DNA from: an uncultured virus (IMG/VR IMGVR_UViG_3300025098_000027)
Lineage: Duplodnaviria > Heunggongvirae > Uroviricota > Caudoviricetes
Length of the DNA: 20,000 nt
Direction: 5' to 3' (one strand)
Virus record (IMG/VR): IMGVR_UViG_3300025098_000027
The stretch's first letter is position 1. Every line of letters begins with the position of its first letter. The notes beneath the pieces are model-generated. The model had not been told where the DNA came from. It searched no databases and saw nothing but the letters and a program-made list of their open reading frames with translations. The translations under genes and the position numbers were made by a program. Positions 9,541 to 16,850 of the stretch are shown here, piece by piece.

Positions 9541-10047
9541 ATGCAAATACTAACATTAGAAAACGAAACGTTTCCATTAAAACAAATACCAGAAGAACTT
9601 GAAGAAGAAGTTCGATTTGCGGTATTAGACAATAGTGATCCTAAAAATCCTGACTTCTTTTTTGTACCAATGATCTTTTTAGAATCATTTAGTGCGCCAG
9701 CAATGGTATTAGAAATTAATGGTCACGAAATTACAATGCCAGTTGATTGGCACATAGCTGTTGGAGACAGTACAAGTGGCAACGACTTAGAAGTACTACC
9801 TTTAACATCAATTAACGATAGGGGCTTTGAAGCATTTTTATTCAATCCTTTATCGAGTTATAAGTTTGACTTTGGAGACATTAAGATAACTAATTTTTAT
9901 TCAGATGTAAAATGGTATTTTCCTAAAGTTAAAAACGGACAGCTACTTGGTGTTCCCCTTACTAAAGATCCAAAGTCGGTCTGTGCTTACTTTATTAAGG
10001 ATATAAGTAGACAAAGCGAAGTAATAGATTATACAAACTTATTATAA
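9541..10047 (+). CDS. Hypothetical protein, possibly a degenerate Hint-like fold
   Basis: Clean ORF directly after uvsW with a beta-rich pattern: VLEINGHEITMPVDWHIAV, EVLPLTSI, VKWYFPKVKNGQLL. Confidence 0.7.
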   Translation: MQILTLENETFPLKQIPEELEEEVRFAVLDNSDPKNPDFFFVPMIFLESFSAPAMVLEINGHEITMPVDWHIAVGDSTSGNDLEVLPLTSINDRGFEAFLFNPLSSYKFDFGDIKITNFYSDVKWYFPKVKNGQLLGVPLTKDPKSVCAYFIKDISRQSEVIDYTNLL

Positions 10048-10058
10048 GGAAATGGAGA

Positions 10059-10427
10059 ATGACAATGAAAGCAGGTAAAATTTGGGGTCAAACGGAATTG
10101 ATCCACGCTAACGGAGTATTAGAGTTTCACCGTATTGAATATAAAGGCGGCTACAAATGTAGCGAACACGAACATCAATTTAAATGGAACGGCTTTTATG
10201 TAGAGTCAGGAAAGATGCTTGTGCGTGTTTGGCAAGACGACCAAGGACTAGTTGATGAAACTATTCTTGAAGCAGGAGACTTTACACAAGTAAAGCCAGG
10301 CAAGATCCACCAGTTTGAAGGTATCGAAGACGGTGTAGCATTTGAGCTATATTGGGCAGAGTTTAATCACAACGATATTGTACGTAGAACAAGTGGAACA
10401 GCAATTGGCAAAACTAAAACCAAATGA
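10059..10427 (+). CDS. Cupin-domain protein (sugar isomerase-like)
   Basis: KIWG, CSEHEHQFKWNGFYVESG and LEAGD...PGKIHQF cupin motifs; GGAG SD. Confidence 0.8.
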   Translation: MTMKAGKIWGQTELIHANGVLEFHRIEYKGGYKCSEHEHQFKWNGFYVESGKMLVRVWQDDQGLVDETILEAGDFTQVKPGKIHQFEGIEDGVAFELYWAEFNHNDIVRRTSGTAIGKTKTK

Positions 10428-10662
10428 AGCATTGATATACGAGCGTAACGATGGTGTTGTCTACGCTCGTTATCAAAACAGGCCCGAGATACCTCGCTGG
10501 ATTATAGGCGGAGACCCGGCAGGAGTTGCTAGAGCTCAAGGAGACTTAATAAGTTATGCCGAGTGGCAAGAATTATGTGAGTTGTCAGAAGAATATCCAA
10601 CACTAAAAAAACTATTAGATACCTTAGTAACAACTTATTATACAATTAAGGAACACAAATGA
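10405..10662 (+). CDS. Small hypothetical protein (start uncertain, TTG 10405 or GTG 10393)
   Basis: Fills the gap between the two cupins; ATGA overlap with 10659; sequence LKPNEALIYERNDGVVYAR. Confidence 0.6.
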   Translation: MAKLKPNEALIYERNDGVVYARYQNRPEIPRWIIGGDPAGVARAQGDLISYAEWQELCELSEEYPTLKKLLDTLVTTYYTIKEHK

Positions 10663-10988
10663 AATACAGTGAATGGGATATAGGAGGCGATGTAGTTAAA
10701 AATGACAATCGTTATATTGTTAAAGATAATACTATGTTAAAAAATTTAGTTGTAAGCAGTACAATGTTATCAGCTCATAAAAGTACAACAGGACATAGAC
10801 ACGCTGGACAAGAAGAAGTGTATATGTTTGTTAAAGGTAGTGGACAAATGGAACTTGATCATAAAATATTCGATGTTACAGCAGGCGACACTGTACTAAT
10901 TGAAGACAACGTATTCCACAAAGTACATAATAATACAGACTTTGGATTAAAATTTATTTGCGTATTTGACGGAGGAAGAAAACAATGA
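10659..10988 (+). CDS. Cupin_2 domain protein
   Basis: TTGHRHAGQEEVYMFVKGSG and GDTVLIEDNVFHKVHN metal-binding cupin motifs. Confidence 0.85.
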   Translation: MKYSEWDIGGDVVKNDNRYIVKDNTMLKNLVVSSTMLSAHKSTTGHRHAGQEEVYMFVKGSGQMELDHKIFDVTAGDTVLIEDNVFHKVHNNTDFGLKFICVFDGGRKQ

Positions 10989-11812
10989 GAATTATAGCAG
11001 GCCCTTGCCAACACGAATCATTAGCACACAGTGCAGAGATTGCTAAAGAATGTAAACGTGTATGCGACAAGTACGGTATTGAATATATATTTAAAGCAAG
11101 TTTTGATAAAGCAAATCGTAGTAGTATGCAGGGTAAGCGTGGTGTTGGACTAGAAGCAACTCTGACAGACTTTCTTGCTCTTAAAGTACAGTATGGTGTA
11201 AAGACATTAACTGATGTACATTCTGTAGAACAAATAAAATATATAGAAGCACAATTTAAAAATGCAGTTGATGTCTATCAGATACCTGCATTCTTATGTA
11301 GACAAACTGACCTTATACAGGAAGCGTGTCGTACAGATAAAATTGTTAATATTAAGAAAGGCCAGTTTATGGCGCCTTGGGATATGAAAGGGGTGCTAAG
11401 TAAATGTGAAGGCGCAAAAGACGTCTGGATAACAGAGAGAGGAACAAGTTTTGGCTATAACACTCTTGTCGTTGATTATACTGGTATTATGTATATGCTC
11501 GACAATTATGAACATCCTATTGTTTTCGATTGTACGCACTCTGCACAAAAACCCGGCGGACAAGGGGATAGTTCAGGCGGCAATCGTGATTACGTGCCTG
11601 GGTTGGCTCGTAGCGGGTCTGCTCTTGGGGTACGGGACTTTTTCTTGGAAGTCCATCCAGATCCTGATGTAGCACCCAGTGACGGACCTAATATGCTACG
11701 TTTAGAGGATTTTGAACAAGTAGTAGAAGATATTATAGCATATTCGTATACACCTAAAGAAAAAGTTCCTCTTGATAGAAACTATACAGGTTTTAGATAT
11801 CAGGAGTGCTAA
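10985..11812 (+). CDS. kdsA: KDO8P synthase (2-dehydro-3-deoxyphosphooctonate aldolase), metal-dependent type
   Basis: IAGPCQHES, KASFDKANRSS, QIPAFLCRQTDL, NIKKGQF, TERG, FDCTHS, FLEVHPDP and SDG. Confidence 0.95.
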   Translation: MRIIAGPCQHESLAHSAEIAKECKRVCDKYGIEYIFKASFDKANRSSMQGKRGVGLEATLTDFLALKVQYGVKTLTDVHSVEQIKYIEAQFKNAVDVYQIPAFLCRQTDLIQEACRTDKIVNIKKGQFMAPWDMKGVLSKCEGAKDVWITERGTSFGYNTLVVDYTGIMYMLDNYEHPIVFDCTHSAQKPGGQGDSSGGNRDYVPGLARSGSALGVRDFFLEVHPDPDVAPSDGPNMLRLEDFEQVVEDIIAYSYTPKEKVPLDRNYTGFRYQEC

Positions 11813-12493
11813 ATGAAAACTGCAATACTCATACCCGCTAGATATGGTAGTACACGCTACCCTGGAAAGCCTCTAGCTATGCTGAACGGTGTTCCTATGA
11901 TAAAACGTGTGTATGACGCTTGTGTTGCGTCTAAGAAGCCAACATATGTGCTTACTGATGATCAAAACATATACAATGTAATAGGTGCAGATTGTCTATT
12001 AGATCACAGCGAATACGAAAACGGAACCGAACGATGTGCAGGCGCTGTTGCTAAGTTTAACATATTAGATGAGTACGAACAGTTTATAAATGTACAAGGC
12101 GATATGCCGGACGTAACAGATGAGATGATTCTAACGGCTACTGGATGGCTAAAATACTATCCTGTCAGTACATTGTTTACGCATATGCCTAAAGAAAAAC
12201 AGGCAGACCCTAATACAGTAAAGATGGTACGTGCCGGCGATCAAGCTCTATGGTTTGGTAGAGGTATGACCGGGTACGGAGATTGGCATTTAGGTGTATA
12301 CGGATATAAACGTAATTCTTTAGAAATGTACAAAACTCTTAAAGTAACTGTAGAAGAAGAAACGGAAAAATTAGAACAACTTAGATGGCTCAAAAATGGT
12401 TGGCAAATAGGTTGTTCGAGTGTACAATATAATGGAGTAGAGATAAATTCACCAGAGGATGTAGACGAATGGCATACCAAGAATTTCCAGTAA
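11813..12493 (+). CDS. kdsB: CMP-Kdo synthetase (3-deoxy-manno-octulosonate cytidylyltransferase)
   Basis: IPARYGSTRYPGKPL, GTER, NVQGD, HLGVYGY and EKLEQLR; directly follows kdsA. Confidence 0.93.
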   Translation: MKTAILIPARYGSTRYPGKPLAMLNGVPMIKRVYDACVASKKPTYVLTDDQNIYNVIGADCLLDHSEYENGTERCAGAVAKFNILDEYEQFINVQGDMPDVTDEMILTATGWLKYYPVSTLFTHMPKEKQADPNTVKMVRAGDQALWFGRGMTGYGDWHLGVYGYKRNSLEMYKTLKVTVEEETEKLEQLRWLKNGWQIGCSSVQYNGVEINSPEDVDEWHTKNFQ

Positions 12494-12924
12494 AAGATGT
12501 ACTAGCGTGTATTGACAGCAACGCTAAATCTGTTTGGAAAGAATTAACTGACGAACAAAAGAAGTGTGTTAACTTTTGGTTGCTTAACAGATACGCAAGT
12601 AGTGTACAAGGATCAAGAGATGCACAAGAACTTGCTATTGTACTTACTAACGAATACTATAACAAGAACTGGAATGTGTTAGGTACAAGACATCCTCAAT
12701 TACAATGGCAGTTGCTATGCTCAACACATAATGCATCTGCTGCGATTAGAAAACATCAATGGATTGGATTTAAAAAGAAAAAAGGCAACAACAATGCTAT
12801 AAAACTTTTACAAAAAATACATCCTAATATGAAACAAGACGAGGTAGAATTACTTGCTGGATTATCTACAAAGAAAGAACTCAAAGAACTTGCAAAGGAG
12901 TATGATATTGATATCAAACTCTGA
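12469..12924 (+). CDS. Putative clamp-loader small subunit (T4 gp62-like)
   Basis: FWLLNRYAS, HPQLQWQLL, KHQWIGFKKK and a helical C-terminus resemble the gp62 pattern; replication-gene context. Confidence 0.55.
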   Translation: MAYQEFPVKDVLACIDSNAKSVWKELTDEQKKCVNFWLLNRYASSVQGSRDAQELAIVLTNEYYNKNWNVLGTRHPQLQWQLLCSTHNASAAIRKHQWIGFKKKKGNNNAIKLLQKIHPNMKQDEVELLAGLSTKKELKELAKEYDIDIKL

Positions 12925-13603
12925 GAAACCATACAAGTGTGAGTATTGTGGTAATGGATATATGCGGGAGAAAACTCTTGCGGCGCATATGTGCGAAAAG
13001 AAAAGAAGATGGCTACAAAAAGACGAAAAAAGAGTAAGGTATGGACTATATGCATTTCAAAGATTCTATAAACTCTCAGCAGGTAACAAAAAAGAAAAAA
13101 CGTATGAAGATTTTGTCGGGTCACCCTATTATAATGCTTTTGTTAAATTTGGCAGTTTTATTAGCAATGTACGGCCTTTATATCCTGAAAAATATATTGA
13201 CTACGTAGTTACTAGTGGAGTTAAATTAGATCACTGGGCTAGAGATGAGCTGTATGAAAAATACGCATTAGAGTTTATTCTAAAAGAAGATGTAACTACA
13301 GCACTTGAGCGTAGTATACAAACAATGCTAGAATGGGCTGCTGATAATGATCCTGCTCCGTGGGATCATTACTTTAACCATATTAGTTTGAACAGAGCAG
13401 TATGGGATATTAAAGATGGTAAGATTAGTCCTTGGCTATTACTAAACTGTAAGTCTGGCAAAGCTATGCTAGGTAAATTCAACAACGAACAACTTGAAAT
13501 GGTATTCCACGTTATTAACCCTCAACACTGGGCAATGCGTTTTAAACGTTTGCCAAATGATGTGCAACTAGTAAAAGAGATTGCACAGGAAAGTAAACTA
13601 TGA
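12902..13603 (+). CDS. Hypothetical protein with an N-terminal zinc finger
   Basis: EKPYKCEYCGNGYMREKTLAAHMC (CxxC-x12-H-x-C); start approximate. Confidence 0.7.
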   Translation: MILISNSEKPYKCEYCGNGYMREKTLAAHMCEKKRRWLQKDEKRVRYGLYAFQRFYKLSAGNKKEKTYEDFVGSPYYNAFVKFGSFISNVRPLYPEKYIDYVVTSGVKLDHWARDELYEKYALEFILKEDVTTALERSIQTMLEWAADNDPAPWDHYFNHISLNRAVWDIKDGKISPWLLLNCKSGKAMLGKFNNEQLEMVFHVINPQHWAMRFKRLPNDVQLVKEIAQESKL

Positions 13604-14193
13604 TAGAAGAATGGTTTAAAACACCGATACATATCGGTAGCGCAACTAACTTTAAAAATTTACAAAAAGAGATATCGTCGTGTACTTCACAGATTGATTT
13701 TAAAAAACATCCAGATTGGGGAGGGCAAAATCATTCGTTAAGTAGCCCTAACTTTGATCAAAATATTATAACTAAATTTAATTTAACGCAACTTAAGAAC
13801 GAAATAGAAACACAAGTAATTAACTATACAAAGGGTTTTAGTAATACAAAGTATAATATTATTATAGAAGATTGTTGGATAGCTAACACTGCACCAAAAG
13901 AACATACAGTTGTACATAATCACGGTACTACACATATTTCCGGTGTTTATTATTTTAAGACAAACGAAAAAGACGGGAACATATATTTTTTAAATCCTAT
14001 CGTATCATTAATGAATTCACATTTTCTAGCACCAGATGATTATGTAGAGTACCCACCGAAAGAAGGTTTGTTTCTTTTATTTCCTAGTTGGCTATTTCAC
14101 GGAGTTAGATCAAATGATACTAAGGATAATAGAATTAGTATTTCGTTTAATGTAACCTTAACAAAAGATAATACACAAGAAAGCAAACTATGA
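13573..14193 (+). repeat. Imperfect 31-nt direct repeat (13573-13603 and 14163-14193) flanking the 2OG oxygenase gene
   Basis: aaaagagattgcacaggaaagtaaactatga vs aaaagataatacacaagaaagcaaactatga (26/31 identical); both genes end QESKL*. Confidence 0.8.
13600..14193 (+). CDS. 2OG-Fe(II) oxygenase superfamily protein
   Basis: WIAN, HNH, ISGVYY, FPSWLFHGV and RISISFN. Confidence 0.88.
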   Translation: MIEEWFKTPIHIGSATNFKNLQKEISSCTSQIDFKKHPDWGGQNHSLSSPNFDQNIITKFNLTQLKNEIETQVINYTKGFSNTKYNIIIEDCWIANTAPKEHTVVHNHGTTHISGVYYFKTNEKDGNIYFLNPIVSLMNSHFLAPDDYVEYPPKEGLFLLFPSWLFHGVRSNDTKDNRISISFNVTLTKDNTQESKL

Positions 14194-14390
14194 GGAAATT
14201 ATTAAACGGTAGTGAAGTACAGGATGAAGAGAACGCTGATAACCTATTAGTATATACCAAGTGTCCTACAAAATATAAATTAGTAGATATGGAAACAGGC
14301 GATGAGTATATGGGTTTACCTTTTGGGTCAAGGCACCCGAGTGGATTGTATGATGTGTATTGGGAAAAAATAGGAAAGAACAATGCCTGA
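14190..14390 (+). CDS. Small hypothetical protein (66 aa)
   Basis: ATGA overlap upstream and 8-nt overlap with the next gene; TKCPTKYKLVDMETGDEYMG. Confidence 0.7.
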   Translation: MRKLLNGSEVQDEENADNLLVYTKCPTKYKLVDMETGDEYMGLPFGSRHPSGLYDVYWEKIGKNNA

Positions 14391-14943
14391 TATTGATATA
14401 GACTTTGCAGACAGAGATGTTATTTTATCTCAACTTGAACATCGTGTGGCAAAATTAAACACCGGCAAGAAGCACAACACTGGTGTTTATGCTACAGAGA
14501 TTCCCCATAACCCTGTAGACAACTTGAGTACAATTGAACACAAGACAGCAGAAGACAGAGGTTACTTTAAACTAGATTTTTTAAATGTGTCTATATATAA
14601 AGATGTTAAAGACGAGGCACATTTACAAGAACTTATGGAAAAGGAGCCAATATGGCAACTACTGGAACACAAAGACTTCTCAGATCAAGTATTTCATCTA
14701 AGCGGTCACGACGAACTATTACAGCAATTGAAGCCTACTTCGGTACAACAATTGGCGGCTACACTGGCAATTATCAGACCAGCAAAGCGACACTTAGCAA
14801 AAGAAAATTGGGAAACGATAATGAACGAAGTATGGACAAAGCCGACAGACGGAGCATACTTCTTTAAGAAAGCACACGCATATGCGTATGCTACAAGTGT
14901 CATAGTCCATATGAATTTGTTATGCGAACAAATTAACTCTTAG
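14383..14943 (+). CDS. dnaE: Miniaturised DNA polymerase III alpha (DnaE-like catalytic core only)
   Basis: PDIDIDF, KHNTGVY, YFKLDFLN, VFHL, LKPTSVQQLAATLAIIRP and YFFKKAHAYAYA occur in the order of the DnaE motifs. Confidence 0.8.
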   Translation: MPDIDIDFADRDVILSQLEHRVAKLNTGKKHNTGVYATEIPHNPVDNLSTIEHKTAEDRGYFKLDFLNVSIYKDVKDEAHLQELMEKEPIWQLLEHKDFSDQVFHLSGHDELLQQLKPTSVQQLAATLAIIRPAKRHLAKENWETIMNEVWTKPTDGAYFFKKAHAYAYATSVIVHMNLLCEQINS

Positions 14944-15304
14944 GTTTCTTAACTAGTTGCACTGACTTACGCTTTACTCGTTTAATTGCTAAGTTGTTTA
15001 GATTAACACACGGACCAATTGTAACTTTTACATCTTTGCTGTTCATTGTTTGAATAGCATAACGAAATTGATCCATTTCTGTTCTTAAAAAGATGTTGAT
15101 AGGTATCATTCGATTTGATTCCCACCACCATACATCACCTAAGTCAAGTAACATCTTCTTTTCTTTTTCACTTTTTAAATCAGTGTATACGTACATACTT
15201 GTAACATACTGATCTTGATTTATAACGATGCCGACGTACTCGGCGCCACCGTAATGAACTACGCTAATGAATGGAAAATTTTCTTCGATATCTTTTAGTA
15301 ACAT
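14933..15304 (-). CDS. Hypothetical protein (123 aa, basic C-terminus)
   Basis: MLLKDIEENFPFISVVHYGGAEYVGIVIN...WWWESNRMIPINIFL; fills the gap; likely start is ATG 15304. Confidence 0.75.
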   Translation of the reverse strand: MLLKDIEENFPFISVVHYGGAEYVGIVINQDQYVTSMYVYTDLKSEKEKKMLLDLGDVWWWESNRMIPINIFLRTEMDQFRYAIQTMNSKDVKVTIGPCVNLNNLAIKRVKRKSVQLVKKPKS

Positions 15305-15313
15305 TGTTATCCG

Positions 15314-15325
15314 ATAAATACTATT
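15314..15325 (+). promoter_or_regulatory. T4-like late promoter ATAAATACTATT immediately before ATG 15326
   Basis: gATAAATACTATT-ATG; near match to the T4 late consensus TATAAATA; no SD. Confidence 0.65.
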
Positions 15326-16108
15326 ATGCAAACTTTACGATATTTAGTATCAAACAGAATTAACATCCTAGCAAATGAAGCAGGATTCGTTACGGAGTAT
15401 AAACCAGTGTATAGCAGACAGTTAAACGTATATAAAGGAATAGATAATGTCCTTGAATTTAGATTATTAAACGCAGATCAAAAACCATTAGATGTAGATA
15501 GATACACACCTAAGTTTGTAGCGTTCGATGAAAACAATCAAATGGTTATCGAACACGATGGTGTAAACCTACAAGAAGGTGATAGTACTGCATATACTAA
15601 AAAAGGTTTATTTAAAGTTACTATAACTGAAAATGATTTATTGAATATAAAAGATCAGTTTCTATCATACAATGTATATCTAGTTGACTATGACGATACT
15701 AAAGTACAAACTTATGCTAACGAATGGTTTGAAGCACCTGGCATTATTAAAGTCAGCGGTAATGCATTTCCTGGTCCTAGTTCAAGTTATTCAATTGGCA
15801 CATTTGTATCCGATAATGATGCTTGGTTATCTGAGTCTATCGACGCACAGCCGAGTATTAACGGCAATGAAGCTCTACACACTGCGGCTTTTTATACAGA
15901 CAGTTATATAGGCGATGTAGTAGTACAGGGCACACTAGAAAACCAAGTAACTGGATCAACAAGTTGGGCTGATATTGAAACTGTAACGTTTGACGGAACA
16001 GAAACAGAACCTACACCTGTAAACTTTAACGGTGTATTCAATCATTTACGTGTTAAAGCAACAGCAGATCCAGCAGACAAAATTTCCAAAATACTAGTGA
16101 GGAACTAA
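15326..16108 (+). CDS. Hypothetical protein, acidic and beta-rich; possibly virion-associated (late gene)
   Basis: 260-aa ORF behind a late-promoter motif; VYKGIDNVLEFRLLNADQKP and VQGTL...WADI; no enzyme motif. Confidence 0.7.
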   Translation: MQTLRYLVSNRINILANEAGFVTEYKPVYSRQLNVYKGIDNVLEFRLLNADQKPLDVDRYTPKFVAFDENNQMVIEHDGVNLQEGDSTAYTKKGLFKVTITENDLLNIKDQFLSYNVYLVDYDDTKVQTYANEWFEAPGIIKVSGNAFPGPSSSYSIGTFVSDNDAWLSESIDAQPSINGNEALHTAAFYTDSYIGDVVVQGTLENQVTGSTSWADIETVTFDGTETEPTPVNFNGVFNHLRVKATADPADKISKILVRN

Positions 16109-16824
16109 TGCAAGATGTCGTAGTAATAACTACGTTTGCTCAAGATCATATTAATCTTTACGGAAAAAGATTTGTAGATACATTTAAACGCTATTGTCGT
16201 TATCCTTTGTATATATTTGCAGAAGATTTTAGTAGTGATCAGTTCTACGGACATACTGTATATGATTACTATAAACATATTCCTGAGCAGCTAACATTTA
16301 AAAATAATATATTAAATCTATTTCCATCTTTAGATACAAAAGAGCAGAATAGATTACGTAAAGCACTGCGTTGGAGTTATAAAGGGTTTGCTATATGGTA
16401 TGCTCTTAAAAATATAGATACAAAATATATTGTATGGATCGATGCTGATGTTGAAACTCTATCAAAGATACCTTCTAGTTTAATAAGTTCATTATGTGAA
16501 GATAAATTATTAATGTGTTATCCTCAACGAATGAAAGGTAGTCTTCACGTAGAATCTGGATTTGTAATTTTTAACAAGCAACACCCAGAAATAGATTTAG
16601 TAATACAACATTACGAGAACGGTTATCTTAATCAGCAAGTGCTTGAACTTTCAAAGCCGTGGGACGGTTTTTGGCTAGGAAAATTTATCGAGCAATCAAA
16701 CAATTGCTGTTTAGAACGTACACCATTTAAAAATATAGAATCATTCTTTAAGCATTATGTTGGTAAAGAAAAGTTTCAAGATACTAGTTTGAACAAATAC
16801 TCGGGCCGAAAATCATTGACATAA
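16108..16824 (+). CDS. GT-A fold glycosyltransferase, paralog of 5078..5920
   Basis: VVITTF, YGKRFVDTF, RWSYK, WIDAD (DxD), ESGF, WDGF and HYVG; TAATG overlap. Confidence 0.75.
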   Translation: MQDVVVITTFAQDHINLYGKRFVDTFKRYCRYPLYIFAEDFSSDQFYGHTVYDYYKHIPEQLTFKNNILNLFPSLDTKEQNRLRKALRWSYKGFAIWYALKNIDTKYIVWIDADVETLSKIPSSLISSLCEDKLLMCYPQRMKGSLHVESGFVIFNKQHPEIDLVIQHYENGYLNQQVLELSKPWDGFWLGKFIEQSNNCCLERTPFKNIESFFKHYVGKEKFQDTSLNKYSGRKSLT

Positions 16825-16844
16825 CCCTACACTGACGCTATAAT
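16816..16844 (+). promoter_or_regulatory. Consensus sigma70 promoter TTGACA-N17-TATAAT
   Basis: TTGACA 16816-16821, TATAAT 16839-16844, then 6 nt and the primase ATG at 16851. Confidence 0.88.
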
Positions 16845-16850
16845 AATAGT

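Noticed and set aside
1..12493. Bacterial chromosomal LPS/capsule locus
   Set aside because: No transport or polymerase genes (kpsMT, wzx/wzy) are present, and the sugar genes are interleaved with UvsW, gp61/gp41-like genes and T4-type late promoter motifs.
14190..14943. Frameshifted single dnaE made of the 66-aa ORF plus mini-dnaE
   Set aside because: The 66-aa ORF lacks the GRGS/LLFERF motifs that precede PDID in DnaE, and no slippery site is evident.
3291..15331. Longest-ORF starts given by the track (3291, 4175, 6028, 8042, 9526, 10342, 12854, 15331)
   Set aside because: Downstream starts give stop/start overlaps, SD sites or paralog-matching N-termini and avoid long overlaps, so coordinates were trimmed.
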